DNA of 64,000 bases from Chamaesiphon sp. (lineage in GTDB: Bacteria; Cyanobacteriota; Cyanobacteriia; Cyanobacteriales; Chamaesiphonaceae): the NCBI GenBank assembly GCA_965246715.1, contig CBDFFH010000015.1, forward strand, positions 128,001 through 192,000. Direction: 5' to 3'. Positions 31,181-42,226 of the stretch are shown here, one piece after another. Position 1 is the first letter of the stretch. Each line of letters starts with the position of its first letter. The position numbers and the translations under genes were made by a program. The notes under the pieces were generated by a model that did no database searches, was not told the DNA's origin, and saw only the letters and a list, made by a program, of their open reading frames with translations.

Positions 31181-32539
31181 GTGCAGATAAACTTTTTAGA
31201 TCGAGTCAGATTGGGCATTGCGGTATTGACAGCCAAAACAGTCACCGCCGCGATTCGCACATTGAAAATGGGTGCCGCCAGCGTCCTCCCTGGTACCATC
31301 AGCAAGCGGCTTCACCCGCAAATTTTATCCCTCCTGTCCCAACAAATCAAATATGGAGTTATCGTCGTCGCTGGGACTAACGGCAAAACTACTACCTCGC
31401 TCCTGCTTCGCAGCATCTTAGAAAAAGATGGGTGGAAAGTCGTCCATAACGAGGCGGGAGCTAACCTAGTAAATGGATTGATTACCACGTTATTAGAACG
31501 CACCAGTCTGACGGGACGACTCAAAGCAGACTACGGGATCTTAGAAATCGATGAAAATGTCATCCCGCTGGTTTTACCCCAGCTCAAGCCCAAATATATT
31601 CTCGCCCTAAATCTGTTTCGCGATCAACTCGATCGCTATGGCGAAGTCGATACGATTATTTATCGCTGGCAAAAAGTAATTGCCGATCTCGATAGCGATA
31701 GCGTCTTAGTAGTCAACGGTGACGATCCAGCTTTAGCTTACCTCGGACAACAACTCGAAAAAGGCGCAAAACCCAAGCAAGTTAAATATTTTGGTCTGAC
31801 AGAGCCAGAACTATATTTAGATGAAATCCCTCATGCTGTAGACTCGATTTACTGTCCGAGTTGTGGAACAGCCCTTACTTATCAAGGCGTATATCTGTCT
31901 CACCAAGGAGATTTTGACTGCCCGAAATGTAGCTTTACAAAAAGCGAACTCTCGATCGAGAGTAAAGCTTGGCCGCAAGTCCTGATCGGTGTTTATAACA
32001 AATATAATACCCTGGCTGCGATTACCACAGTGGAATCGATCGGCGTGAAAAAAGAAGTTATTTTAGATACGATTAGCACCTTCCAAGCTGCCTTCGGTCG
32101 ATCGGAAGAACTAGTTTACAATGGCAAAAAAGTGCGGATTTTACTGACTAAAAATCCCGCCAGTATGAACGAAACCATCCGCGCTGTCAGTCAAGTCCGT
32201 CGATCTGGTGGTAGTTCTGTGAGTCTGATGGTACTTAACGATCGCACCCCAGACGGTACCGATGTCTCGTGGATTTGGGATGTGGATACCGAGAAATTTG
32301 TCAATTCTGGCGGGACGATTGTAGTTAGTGGCGATCGGGTTTATGATATGGCATTGCGGTTGGAATATAGTAAAACCGACCCAAGTAGCGGTTGTCAAAT
32401 TATCGTTAAGGAAGATCTAAAAGACGCGATCGATACCGCCTTAGAACTCACTGCAAATACTGAAACTCTGCATATTATTCCTACATATTCTGCAATGCTA
32501 GATGTTCGCGAAATTTTAACGGGTAGAAAGATTCTTTAA
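31181..32539 (+). CDS. murT: MurT-like Mur ligase (lipid II amidation, DUF1727 C-terminus)
   Basis: GTNGKTTT, LNLFRDQLDRYGE, CPSC..CPKC zinc finger, KNP, DGTDVSWIWDVD, PTYSAML. Confidence 0.85.
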   Translation: MQINFLDRVRLGIAVLTAKTVTAAIRTLKMGAASVLPGTISKRLHPQILSLLSQQIKYGVIVVAGTNGKTTTSLLLRSILEKDGWKVVHNEAGANLVNGLITTLLERTSLTGRLKADYGILEIDENVIPLVLPQLKPKYILALNLFRDQLDRYGEVDTIIYRWQKVIADLDSDSVLVVNGDDPALAYLGQQLEKGAKPKQVKYFGLTEPELYLDEIPHAVDSIYCPSCGTALTYQGVYLSHQGDFDCPKCSFTKSELSIESKAWPQVLIGVYNKYNTLAAITTVESIGVKKEVILDTISTFQAAFGRSEELVYNGKKVRILLTKNPASMNETIRAVSQVRRSGGSSVSLMVLNDRTPDGTDVSWIWDVDTEKFVNSGGTIVVSGDRVYDMALRLEYSKTDPSSGCQIIVKEDLKDAIDTALELTANTETLHIIPTYSAMLDVREILTGRKIL

Positions 32540-32787
32540 GCTCATATTGCTGGAACTAGCTAGATCGGTAAGAATCTACAGCTAAATATTCGTAACATCA
32601 AAATCAACTCCAAATTAATACTGGTGGGCAGTGCAGACCCTACCGTAAAGGCTCAAGAATTGAGTAGTTATCCACAAGTATCGATTGACTAGTACTAAGC
32701 TCAGATCCAACCCACCCCGCCCTATCGGGCACCCCTCCCAGGAGGGGAATTTACTAGTCACTATTCCCTATCCCCTATTCCCTAAAC

Positions 32788-33570
32788 ATGGAACTAAAAA
32801 TCGGCTGGCTTTATCCTACTCTCATGAGTACCTATGGCGATCGCGGTAATGTCATCGCCATCCAACAGCGCGCCCAGTGGCGGGGCATCGACGTAGAAGT
32901 CATCCCTTACGATCGTGATTCTGCGCCAGAAGTCATCGATCGAGTCGATGTGATGGTGGGTGGTGGCGCTCAAGATCGACAACAAGAAATCGTGATGCGC
33001 GATCTTGCTGGAGCCAAAGCTGAGGCAATTAAAGCCAAACTCGATGCTGGTGCGCCAGGAGTATTTACCTGCGGTTCGCCGCAATTATTGGGGCGATTTT
33101 ACGAGCCGGGATTGGGCGAAAAAATCGAAGGGATGGGCATTATCGATCTCGAAACTAAACATCCGGGGATCGATACTCAGCGGTGCATTGGTAATGTGAT
33201 TTTTGAGATTACCGCCAAAAGATTGGCAGCCGAACTGACAGAGCTACTAGGCGGACAAAGACCGATAATCGTTGGCTTTGAAAATCATGGTGGTCGGACT
33301 TTTCTCGGCCCGAATGCCGAAGCATTGGGGACGGTAATCAAAGGTTACGGTAATAATGCCAGCGATGGTACTGAAGGGGCTTTTTATCACAATGCGATCG
33401 CGACTTATTCGCATGGGCCACTAATTCCCAAAAATCCATTTATCGCTGATTGGATGATTAAAACTGCCTTACAAAATAAATATCAAACTGAAATTAACCT
33501 GGCACCTCTCGACGATAGTTTAGCCGATCGAGCGCGTGCGGCGATGTTAAAACGATTAGATATTAATTAG
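32788..33570 (+). CDS. gatD: GatD/CobQ-like type 1 glutamine amidotransferase
   Basis: YGDRGN, GGGAQD, CG..QLLG, GFENHGG, YSHGP; adjacent to MurT. Confidence 0.85.
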   Translation: MELKIGWLYPTLMSTYGDRGNVIAIQQRAQWRGIDVEVIPYDRDSAPEVIDRVDVMVGGGAQDRQQEIVMRDLAGAKAEAIKAKLDAGAPGVFTCGSPQLLGRFYEPGLGEKIEGMGIIDLETKHPGIDTQRCIGNVIFEITAKRLAAELTELLGGQRPIIVGFENHGGRTFLGPNAEALGTVIKGYGNNASDGTEGAFYHNAIATYSHGPLIPKNPFIADWMIKTALQNKYQTEINLAPLDDSLADRARAAMLKRLDIN

Positions 33571-33600
33571 TTGGCAGCGGGTCTGTCTACTCGATCGACA

Positions 33601-34248
33601 TTAAGTTTTTGGTAAATAGCGATAGTGTCCGTTAATTTTCCAACTGCGGGGAATTGTTTCTACCTTGGTACCACAGCAAGCGTTATGCACCATTTGATAA
33701 TAACCATGATTATCTTTGATATTGGTGACGATCGCGATGTGTAAGCCGATTTTTTCACCCAGATCGTAAGTAACTAGATCTCCTGGTAAATAGTCTGCTG
33801 AATTCTTGGAAATCGGTAGTTCGGCACCGCGCCGCTTGAAAAAAGTCATGAGGTTTGCCACTCTCCGATGGTCGATATTTTTATCGGGTTGTTTCAGTCC
33901 CCAGATCTGTGGATATGCGGCAAAATTGCGCTGCATATCCTCGTGAACCGATCGTTGCAAATCGATCCCGATCTGACGATAGGCGCGCACGATGACATCC
34001 GTACACACCCCCGTACTGGCGGATACGTCGCCACCTGGATAAGTTAAGGAAACATAAGCCGGATCGTAGCTTTTAGTGACATCTGTTTGTGCGATGCCAC
34101 CCGCGACTAATTTGCGGATCGTTGGATTGGTAATTTTTGTGGTAGTCGGCTCTGGATTAATAACTGTGGAAATTCGCTGCGGGACACGACAAGCAGAGAG
34201 CGGGAGGATCGCGCAAAATATTAATACCAGTCTCATTTGTAGCTTCAT
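33601..34248 (-). CDS. DUF1287 family lipoprotein
   Basis: LSAC lipobox; YDPAY..YPGGDV..GVCTDVIVRAYR, NIDHRRV. Confidence 0.85.
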   Translation of the reverse strand: MKLQMRLVLIFCAILPLSACRVPQRISTVINPEPTTTKITNPTIRKLVAGGIAQTDVTKSYDPAYVSLTYPGGDVSASTGVCTDVIVRAYRQIGIDLQRSVHEDMQRNFAAYPQIWGLKQPDKNIDHRRVANLMTFFKRRGAELPISKNSADYLPGDLVTYDLGEKIGLHIAIVTNIKDNHGYYQMVHNACCGTKVETIPRSWKINGHYRYLPKT

Positions 34249-34425
34249 TTATTCTCGCTGTAGCAACTACCCAACTCCCTGCTTAAATTTCGCTGGAGAC
34301 AACCCTCGATCGACGATAAACTTAAAGAAATTACTGCCTAAAAGTTAAAACTCGATCGAGTTAACTATGTAAAGCTTCCTACAGTCGATCGCGATCGATT
34401 TTCGGATTATTGCCCCGAATCAATT

Positions 34426-36003
34426 ATGAATTCAGCGCCTAGTTACTGCTACACAGGGATTTGTCCCACTCACGGCGAACGCTTGCAATTACCCCGCACT
34501 CAGGAAGTTGAAACGATCGCGCGTGACTTAATGGCACAGCTAGCTCAGGATGAGCTGTATGCTCGTGAGGGCAAAATGTACGGCGTGTTGCTAGTCGAGT
34601 CCAAAAGTGGCGAACGCAGCGTTTTCAAGGCTTTTTCGGGGCTATTGGCGGGCAAATCGACGATCGATGGTTGGGTACCGCCAATTCCAGGGCGAGAGCA
34701 TGTTGCTGAAGCTGAAGCTGAAACCCTGGTTGATCTAGCAGCGATGCTGCAAGAATTAATCGAACTCGATCGATCCACAGAACGCGAGCGCTCCAAATTA
34801 TTAGCACTAGAATTTAAACAGCGATTGGCAGCATTAGCGATCGTTCATCGTCAGCGCAAAGAATTACGCCAGCAACAACGCGAACACCTGAGTGCAACTC
34901 TCGATCCGAGCGAAATCGAGAGCACCCTCGCACTACTCGAAGCCCAAAGCTGTCAAGACGGGCGAGAACGTCGCCAACTCAAACAAGAACGCGACACGGC
35001 TTTACAGCCGCTCAAGGAGATTTTAGACCGAACCGATGCGCGAATTCGGGAGGTGAAACAACAGCGGAAAATTCGATCGCGTCAACTGCAAACTCAGATG
35101 CATGAAGCTTATCACTTAATGAATTTTCTAGGGACGAGTAGCTCGTTACGCGAACTGATGCCCGCAGGGATTCCCACCGGAACGGGTGATTGTTGTGCCC
35201 CCAAATTACTCCACTATGCAGCCACCCAGCAGCTTAAACCGATCGCGATGGCCGAATTTTGGTGGGGCGAACATAGTGCGGATAAATATCAGGGCGAATT
35301 TTATGGTGCTTGTGCCGAACGTTGTCAGCCATTGATGGGATTTATGCTCTCGGGCTTGACTCCAGCAGTTGGCAAACCGTCCTTAGCGATTATTTATGAG
35401 GATGCATATCTAATTGCCATCGATAAGCCTGCTGGATTACTCTCTGTCCCAGGACGTTATCTCGACGGACAAGACAGCGTGCTGTCTCGACTGCGGCAAC
35501 TATTGCCAGCTGAGGAGATTTATACCGTCCATCGGTTGGATCGAGATACATCGGGAATCTTATTATTAGCACGCGATCGATCTACATACCAACACCTCAC
35601 TCGCCAATTTCACGAGCGCCAGATTCAGAAAGTTTATACAGCAATTTTGGCAGGTAAAGTCGATCGCGACTCAGGCACGATCGATTTACCATTATGGGGC
35701 GATCCGACCGATCGACCGCGCCAACAAGTCGATTTCGATCGGGGCAAACCCAGTTTGACTAAATTTCAAGTTTTGGAGCAAATTGGCGACTCCTCGCGCG
35801 TTGAATTTATCCCCATTACTGGGCGAACCCATCAACTGAGAGTCCATTCTGTCGATAAATTGGGGCTAGGCATCCCAATTTTAGGCGATCGGTTGTACGG
35901 TTGTCAGACAACTGGTAGGCTCCATCTTCATGCCCGAGAACTTACTTTTATACACCCTGTCCGTGCTGATTTAGTTCGCCTCCAGCTAGAAGCCAAGTTT
36001 TAA
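34426..36003 (+). CDS. RluA family pseudouridine synthase with N-terminal extension
   Basis: KPAGLLS, HRLDRDTSG, GRTHQLRVH, PILGD. Confidence 0.9.
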   Translation: MNSAPSYCYTGICPTHGERLQLPRTQEVETIARDLMAQLAQDELYAREGKMYGVLLVESKSGERSVFKAFSGLLAGKSTIDGWVPPIPGREHVAEAEAETLVDLAAMLQELIELDRSTERERSKLLALEFKQRLAALAIVHRQRKELRQQQREHLSATLDPSEIESTLALLEAQSCQDGRERRQLKQERDTALQPLKEILDRTDARIREVKQQRKIRSRQLQTQMHEAYHLMNFLGTSSSLRELMPAGIPTGTGDCCAPKLLHYAATQQLKPIAMAEFWWGEHSADKYQGEFYGACAERCQPLMGFMLSGLTPAVGKPSLAIIYEDAYLIAIDKPAGLLSVPGRYLDGQDSVLSRLRQLLPAEEIYTVHRLDRDTSGILLLARDRSTYQHLTRQFHERQIQKVYTAILAGKVDRDSGTIDLPLWGDPTDRPRQQVDFDRGKPSLTKFQVLEQIGDSSRVEFIPITGRTHQLRVHSVDKLGLGIPILGDRLYGCQTTGRLHLHARELTFIHPVRADLVRLQLEAKF

Positions 36004-36068
36004 GATCGGAAGGGACGATATCGATCCAGCCATCCCAAGCACCATCGACTAGGGTAAGATCGAAGTGA

Positions 36069-37115
36069 ATGCCCAGCGAGAACCAAATGCCAGATCGATC
36101 CCAGCCAGCCACCCCAGGTAATGAATCCGTAGTAGAAGCTTACCTGTCGTCTCTCGACAATGGTGTTGGCGAGCAAGATGCAGCGCCAGGACTGATTCCG
36201 ATTGCGCCAGAGGGATTTCGATCGGGATTTGTCGCCATCATCGGGAGACCGAATGTAGGCAAATCCACACTGATGAACCAACTGATCGGTCAAAAAATCG
36301 CGATCGTCTCTCCAGTCCCCCAAACCACCCGCAACCGCTTACAGGGCATTCTCACCACCGATGCAGCCCAAATTATCTTCGTCGATACCCCCGGTATTCA
36401 CAAACCCCATCACAAACTGGGTGAAGTCTTAGTCAAAAATGCCCAAAGTGCGATCGGCGCTGTCGATGTGGTGCTATTCGTAGTCGACGGCATGGAAATT
36501 GCTGGCGGTGGCGACAGATTTATTGCCGATCTGCTGGAAAATGTTAAGACTCCCATAATTTTAGGGATCAATAAAATCGATGCACGGACGGATCTGAGTC
36601 CATCCCATCTCGACGCGATCGAGCGCAGCTATCAAGAGCTAGTGGGCGATCGGGAGTGGCAGATCGTCAACTTTTCGGCGGTTACCGAGACGGGTTTACC
36701 TGAATTACAAACCAGTCTAACTGCCGAATTAGGGATCGGGCCATATTACTACCCGCCAGATCTGGTCACCGACCAGCCCGAACGGTTTATCATGGGCGAA
36801 ATGATTCGGGAAGAAATCATCCTACTTACCCGTGAAGAATTGCCACACTCAGTTGCGGTAACGATCGATCGCGTTCAAGAAGATGCCAAAATTACCCGCG
36901 TATTGGCGACGATCTATGTCGAACGCGACTCTCAAAAAGGGATCCTGATCGGCAAAGGCGGGCAAATGCTCAAGCAAATCGGTTCGAGTGCCAGAGAGCA
37001 AATGCAGAAATTGATTGCCGGCAAAGTTTATCTGGAATTATTTGTTAAAGTGCAACCCAAATGGCGACAATCGCGCCTCCGGCTGGCGGAACTCGGCTAT
37101 CGGGTGGAGGATTAG
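36069..37115 (+). CDS. era: GTPase Era
   Basis: GRPNVGKST, QTTRN, DTPG, NKID, KH domain GKGG. Confidence 0.95.
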   Translation: MPSENQMPDRSQPATPGNESVVEAYLSSLDNGVGEQDAAPGLIPIAPEGFRSGFVAIIGRPNVGKSTLMNQLIGQKIAIVSPVPQTTRNRLQGILTTDAAQIIFVDTPGIHKPHHKLGEVLVKNAQSAIGAVDVVLFVVDGMEIAGGGDRFIADLLENVKTPIILGINKIDARTDLSPSHLDAIERSYQELVGDREWQIVNFSAVTETGLPELQTSLTAELGIGPYYYPPDLVTDQPERFIMGEMIREEIILLTREELPHSVAVTIDRVQEDAKITRVLATIYVERDSQKGILIGKGGQMLKQIGSSAREQMQKLIAGKVYLELFVKVQPKWRQSRLRLAELGYRVED

Positions 37116-37231
37116 GACGCTCGATCGACCTAAAAATCTCTAAAATCACAAAATATCCAATCTGGCAACGTTAAATATACTGAAATTGCTGTAAAGTTAC
37201 AAATTAAGTTGCAACGCACTTAATTTAACTA

Positions 37232-38074
37232 ATGGTATCAACCCCCCGTCGGGATAGCATCTCCCCTTCAGTCGAACCGCAAGTAGATCCATATACCCTC
37301 GCCCAAATGGGAATTGCGATGTTAATCGATCTCGCCCAGCGTGGCGAAATCGATCCGTGGGATGTCAAAGTGATCGACGCGATCGATTTGCATTTGAGCA
37401 AATTACCATTACAGGCTGATGCCACACTAGCGCATAAGCAAGCCAATCTCTCCCAATCCGGACAAGCATTTCTGTGGGCGGCGATGCTCGTCTTACTCAA
37501 AGCTGAAAGCTTAGAGCAGAGTCAATCCCCAGCCGAAGATTTTGAATTTCTGGAAGAAGATCTCGATTTTGAAGCGATCGGCACAGCTGGACTACCGCGC
37601 AACTTAGAGCGGCATATCCGCCGCCGACTAACGTCGCCACCACACAAGACGCGTCCGGTGACACTGGAAGATCTGATCCAGCAACTCCGCCAAATTGCTG
37701 ATAAAATTGCCGAACCTACCGTCGTGCGTCGATCCATTCGGGGCAAGGCAATGTCAGTCAAACGCGCGACACAAACCATTGCTGGACTGGCGCACGATGA
37801 AAATCTAACTGAGATGGCGGCACTTGTCGCTGAGTTTCTGGTCACGTACACTAGTGAAACCAACTTCTGGACGCTCGATGACCTCGTGAATCTCTGGTCT
37901 GATAAATTTCCCGCCGCACCAGGGCAGCATCATGGAGTCAACCACGATCGAGTGGGCGTATTTTGGGCACTATTACTATTATCAGCTCAATCTAAGGTCG
38001 AGCTAGATCAGACAGAATTTTACCAAACCCTCACTATCCGCAGACTGCATGAAGAATCGGTTGAAATGAACTAG
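37232..38074 (+). CDS. scpA: Segregation and condensation protein A
   Basis: GEIDPWDV, AAMLVLLKA, VFWALLLLSAQSKVELDQTEFY. Confidence 0.85.
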   Translation: MVSTPRRDSISPSVEPQVDPYTLAQMGIAMLIDLAQRGEIDPWDVKVIDAIDLHLSKLPLQADATLAHKQANLSQSGQAFLWAAMLVLLKAESLEQSQSPAEDFEFLEEDLDFEAIGTAGLPRNLERHIRRRLTSPPHKTRPVTLEDLIQQLRQIADKIAEPTVVRRSIRGKAMSVKRATQTIAGLAHDENLTEMAALVAEFLVTYTSETNFWTLDDLVNLWSDKFPAAPGQHHGVNHDRVGVFWALLLLSAQSKVELDQTEFYQTLTIRRLHEESVEMN

Positions 38075-38312
38075 TTGTAACGTGCGAAGCGATCGTCCTA
38101 CATTAGGCAAGCTTCTTAAAAATAGCAGTATTGCGGTGGCATTCACCGTTGATGAGTAACGAATCGGCAATTAAAAAACTGATTCTATCCTCGCTACTGT
38201 TAACTTACAACTTATCGGTGAAACTCTCAAAATGGTATGGAGAGTATCCCGCCAACAATCGATCGCTGCTAAAGTAGATGGGATAGAGGACTATCAGTAG
38301 ATAATATTAAAT

Positions 38313-39467
38313 ATGAAAGCAATGATTCTGGCTGCCGGAAAAGGTACCCGCGTTCGCCCGATTACCTATACTATTCCCAAACCATTAATTCCGATCCTCC
38401 ACAAGCCAGTAATGGAGTTTCTCGTGGACTTGCTCAAACAGCATGATTTCACCGAAATTATGGTTAATGTCAGTCATCTTGCTAAAGAAATTGAAAGTTA
38501 TTTTCATGACGGGCAAAGGTTTGGAGTCCAAATTGCCTATTCATTTGAAGGAACGATCCGTGAGGACGGAGAATTAGAAGGTCAAGCATTAGGTTCCGCA
38601 GGCGGGATGCGCCGGATTCAAGATTTCTGCCCCTTCTTTGACGATACTTTCGTAGTTTTGTGTGGCGACGCACTGATCGATCTCGATCTGACCGCCGCCG
38701 TCAAATGGCACAAAGAAAAAGGTTCGATGGCGACGATCGTAACTAAAACAGTTCCCCGAGAAGAAGTTTCAAGTTATGGGGTCGTAGTTACCGATGAAAC
38801 TGGTCGCATCAAAGCTTTCCAAGAGAAGCCCTCGGTCGAAGAAGCACTGAGTACGAATATCAATACTGGGATTTATATTTTTGAGCCAGAAGTATTAAAT
38901 TACATTCCTTCCGGTCAGGAATATGATATCGGTGGAGATTTATTTCCACAGTTGGTTGAGATGGGTGCCCCGTTCTACGCTATTTCGATGGATTTCCAGT
39001 GGGTAGATATTGGGAAAGTGCCCGACTACTGGCAAGCAATTCGCAGCGTCTTAATGGGTGAAGTCAAGAATGTGCCGATTCCTGGGCATCAAGTCAAACC
39101 GGGTATTTACACGGGTATCAATGTCGCCGTCAATTGGGATAAAGTCGATATTACTGGCCCGGTCTACATCGGTGGGATGACTAAAATCGAAGATGGCGCT
39201 AAGATCACTGGCCCCGCGATGATCGGACGTAATTGTCATATTTGTAGCAATGCCCACATCGACAATAGCGTGATCTTTGAATACTCACGGATTGCCTCCA
39301 ATGTCATTCTTACTGATAAATTAGTGTTCGGTCGATATTGTGTGGATAAAGAAGGATCGACGATCGACGTTCAAGCAGCTTCGCTGGATTGGTTGATTAC
39401 CGATACCCGTCAACCGATCGAGCATATTACCAAAAAAGCTGCTCAATTTGTTGCCCAAGTCTTCTAA
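38313..39467 (+). CDS. cugP: NDP-sugar pyrophosphorylase (CugP-type UDP-glucose pyrophosphorylase / mannose-1-P guanylyltransferase family)
   Basis: MKAMILAAGKGTRVRPIT..PKP, FQEKP, C-terminal hexapeptide repeats. Confidence 0.8.
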   Translation: MKAMILAAGKGTRVRPITYTIPKPLIPILHKPVMEFLVDLLKQHDFTEIMVNVSHLAKEIESYFHDGQRFGVQIAYSFEGTIREDGELEGQALGSAGGMRRIQDFCPFFDDTFVVLCGDALIDLDLTAAVKWHKEKGSMATIVTKTVPREEVSSYGVVVTDETGRIKAFQEKPSVEEALSTNINTGIYIFEPEVLNYIPSGQEYDIGGDLFPQLVEMGAPFYAISMDFQWVDIGKVPDYWQAIRSVLMGEVKNVPIPGHQVKPGIYTGINVAVNWDKVDITGPVYIGGMTKIEDGAKITGPAMIGRNCHICSNAHIDNSVIFEYSRIASNVILTDKLVFGRYCVDKEGSTIDVQAASLDWLITDTRQPIEHITKKAAQFVAQVF

Positions 39468-39543
39468 TTCAGCCGCATCACTGATTATCAGTGCGAGCAA
39501 CTGCAATTTATGCCACACGATCGGTAGATCGAGCCTCAGCCAC

Positions 39544-39819
39544 CTACCGATCGTTTGGCCATAGCAATCTTACCGCGAGCACCGCAAATCCCAATGCGGC
39601 AAAGCCTTTGAGTACCTTAACTGGTAAGAATGCGGCAATTTCTCCACCAGCTAAGACCCCGATCGAACTAGCTAGCAATAAAGCAGCAACCGAACCGAAG
39701 AATACTGCGCGTGGATGCTGGGTGCTACCACCCAACGCGATCGCGGCTAGTTGACTTTTATCGCCGATCTCAGCGATAAATACCGTGATAAAAGTCAGTC
39801 CCAGGAGTTGCCAGTTCAT
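39544..39819 (-). CDS. TMEM165/GDT1 (UPF0016) family half-size transporter
   Basis: 91 aa with a single AEIGDKSQ motif and three TM helices. Confidence 0.85.
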   Translation of the reverse strand: MNWQLLGLTFITVFIAEIGDKSQLAAIALGGSTQHPRAVFFGSVAALLLASSIGVLAGGEIAAFLPVKVLKGFAALGFAVLAVRLLWPNDR

Positions 39820-39928
39820 ACTTTAAGTAAGGAAGGTCGGTTTTGGAGCGAAATTTTTGGTGAGTCGCAGGGGCTACTTATCTAAACTTACCCCTTGGAT
39901 GTGTTAAAAGACAAGCGATCTCTACCCA

Positions 39929-41341
39929 CTAGCCACTAGTTTCACTCACTTCCGCGATCGAGACAATCTCAGCTGCTGGTGGTGACGGCATCAACTCATC
40001 GCGCAACCGCGCCATAATCGTCGCATCATCAATCCGCGCCAGTATTTCCTGAATGACGGTATTCGCCCCCAATTGACCCCAAGTACTCCCAGCTTCGAGA
40101 TAAGTCTGAGTAGCTTTACCGACACTATAAGCGCCATAACCCGCGATCGCGGCTTGAATCGCGCCCCCACCAAGATAACCAGGCGCAGCACTCCAATTTA
40201 GCGTACCATCGACGATCGCCGAAAACTTGCCGATGCCAAACAGGATGCTAGTAGCTACTTCGCCGAGTAATAAACTCCCCGCGCTAAACAACAAGCCACT
40301 GAATAACTTACTCAGCTCGTATTTAGTCATCGGGAGATTGTACAGCTTCGCCAGTGAGAAGATTAAGATGAGATCTACTATCGCGCCGCCCGCTACATCT
40401 AAAATGGCGATCGGGTTGAGCGCTACAGCGAGCGCCTTATACTGAGCAAATCTCCGTACCAAGTTATTCGCATCAGCTTGCATGTCAGCAAGGGTATTTT
40501 TTGCTAAATTCCGCTCGGACGAACGTGCCTGAACTAATGCATTGATCGCGAGTAACGATCGACCTTCCCGATCTAGTAGTTCTTTAATTTTCTGCTGCAG
40601 GGGGGCGATTTGGGGTTCGGGCTGTTCCCACTCGGTTTTGGTCGTACCATCGGGGTACTCAGTGCGGACTTGGATGGGGGTAGGATCGGCGGCGACCATC
40701 ACTACCTCATCCGCAGATAGCAACCGTTGCAATAACTCATCATTGGCGCTTTCTCCACCCAAATTTTTCAACTGCGTGTAGATTGTTTGCCGTTCCTGCT
40801 CGGGATAGAGATCGGACTTGTTAAACACTAGCAATAACGGCTTCTGCGCTTTCCGCAACTCGCACAAAGCTTGATATTCTAGCTGGGTAATATCGCCAGC
40901 AATGATAAATAAAATTAAGTCGGCTTGAGCGACAACTTCTGATGCCATTTTGCCCCGCGCATCGCCATCGATTTCATCCAATCCCGGCGTATCGATTAAT
41001 TCGATTTGCATGATGCCATCTGGCGACCAGGGAATCGATCGCGGGAACCGAGTTACACCGTTGAGGGGGCCAGTTTCCAAGATCTTTTTGCCCACCAAGG
41101 CATTTAATACTGCCGACTTACCGCGACTGACCAAGCCAAATGCCGCAATACTGTAATTGGTTTGCTCCAACTTAGCTAAAGTGTGCGCTAAGGTGTCTAA
41201 ATCGCTCTGTAAGCTGGGTGAAACTTCCCCAACCTTTAGGGATGCGTATCGGGACAAACTCTGCTGTAAGCTCGCTTTAGCGCGATCGAGATCTAATGAG
41301 ACTGGTGCGGGAGAATTGGTAGCTAGCTCGGGGATGCTCAT
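39929..41341 (-). CDS. Era-like GTP-binding protein with DUF697 C-terminus
   Basis: GLVSRGKS, DTPG, NKSD; hydrophobic C-terminal region. Confidence 0.85.
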   Translation of the reverse strand: MSIPELATNSPAPVSLDLDRAKASLQQSLSRYASLKVGEVSPSLQSDLDTLAHTLAKLEQTNYSIAAFGLVSRGKSAVLNALVGKKILETGPLNGVTRFPRSIPWSPDGIMQIELIDTPGLDEIDGDARGKMASEVVAQADLILFIIAGDITQLEYQALCELRKAQKPLLLVFNKSDLYPEQERQTIYTQLKNLGGESANDELLQRLLSADEVVMVAADPTPIQVRTEYPDGTTKTEWEQPEPQIAPLQQKIKELLDREGRSLLAINALVQARSSERNLAKNTLADMQADANNLVRRFAQYKALAVALNPIAILDVAGGAIVDLILIFSLAKLYNLPMTKYELSKLFSGLLFSAGSLLLGEVATSILFGIGKFSAIVDGTLNWSAAPGYLGGGAIQAAIAGYGAYSVGKATQTYLEAGSTWGQLGANTVIQEILARIDDATIMARLRDELMPSPPAAEIVSIAEVSETSG

Positions 41342-42129
41342 ATATCCGGTTTCAGGTTGGAGGAAGTTTGTTGCAGCGGAAGTTCGATTAATTGCCAGAC
41401 ATTTAAATCTCGACTCTCATCGCTCACTCCGAGTCGAATATCGCTTGGCTCGACATCAGCAGTATGAGATTGAAAGATCCGATCCCACCACACGAACACG
41501 CTCCCATAGTTGGATTGACTCTCACTCTGGATCTGGGAATGGTGGATGCGATGGTAGTCTGGAGTGACGATCGCATAGGCTAAAAGTCGATCGAGCGACT
41601 GCGGCAGGGCAAAATTACTATGTTGCAGAGCCACAACTACTGTAAATATTAGCTCGTAAGTCAGCACGATGTTTGCCGAAATACCCAACCCCCAAATCAG
41701 TATTAGTTTGGGAATACTCGAGCTGAGAATTTCGATCGGGTGAAAGCGATAAGCAGTCGAGACATTCATCGATCGATCGGTATGATGGACGCGATGAAAT
41801 CGCCATGCTAGCGGCCAGGTATGCATCGCGCGATGCCATAGATATATATAAAGATCGAGCATGAGGATCGTTACGATCCCCAGCATTACGGGAGAAAAAA
41901 ACGGCTGGATCGACTCTAACTGCGGAAGATTGCCAATCGGCAACCGCGCGAGTGAGATCGTTAACAGGCTTGAAGCGATCGAATTTAACAATCCTAATTG
42001 TAGATTACTCGTGATTCTCGATCTCAAAGAATTATGAAAGGAAAAAAATGGCAGCTTATTTTCCAGAATTAGCAGCGTGACAATGGTAGTAATAATCAGG
42101 ATTAACTTAACTGGCATCGGCTTTAACAA
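41338..42129 (-). CDS. Sterol desaturase/fatty acid hydroxylase family protein
   Basis: His boxes HRAMH, HRVHH, HSN, HRIHH. Confidence 0.88.
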   Translation of the reverse strand: MLKPMPVKLILIITTIVTLLILENKLPFFSFHNSLRSRITSNLQLGLLNSIASSLLTISLARLPIGNLPQLESIQPFFSPVMLGIVTILMLDLYIYLWHRAMHTWPLAWRFHRVHHTDRSMNVSTAYRFHPIEILSSSIPKLILIWGLGISANIVLTYELIFTVVVALQHSNFALPQSLDRLLAYAIVTPDYHRIHHSQIQSESQSNYGSVFVWWDRIFQSHTADVEPSDIRLGVSDESRDLNVWQLIELPLQQTSSNLKPDI

Positions 42130-42226
42130 ACAGTCGATCGTGGCGAGGTGGTGGGTATGCTAGAGACGATAGCGCTGGATCTCCATTAGTTTCAGCGCAG
42201 ACACTCAATCGATCGTAGGAGTTTTT

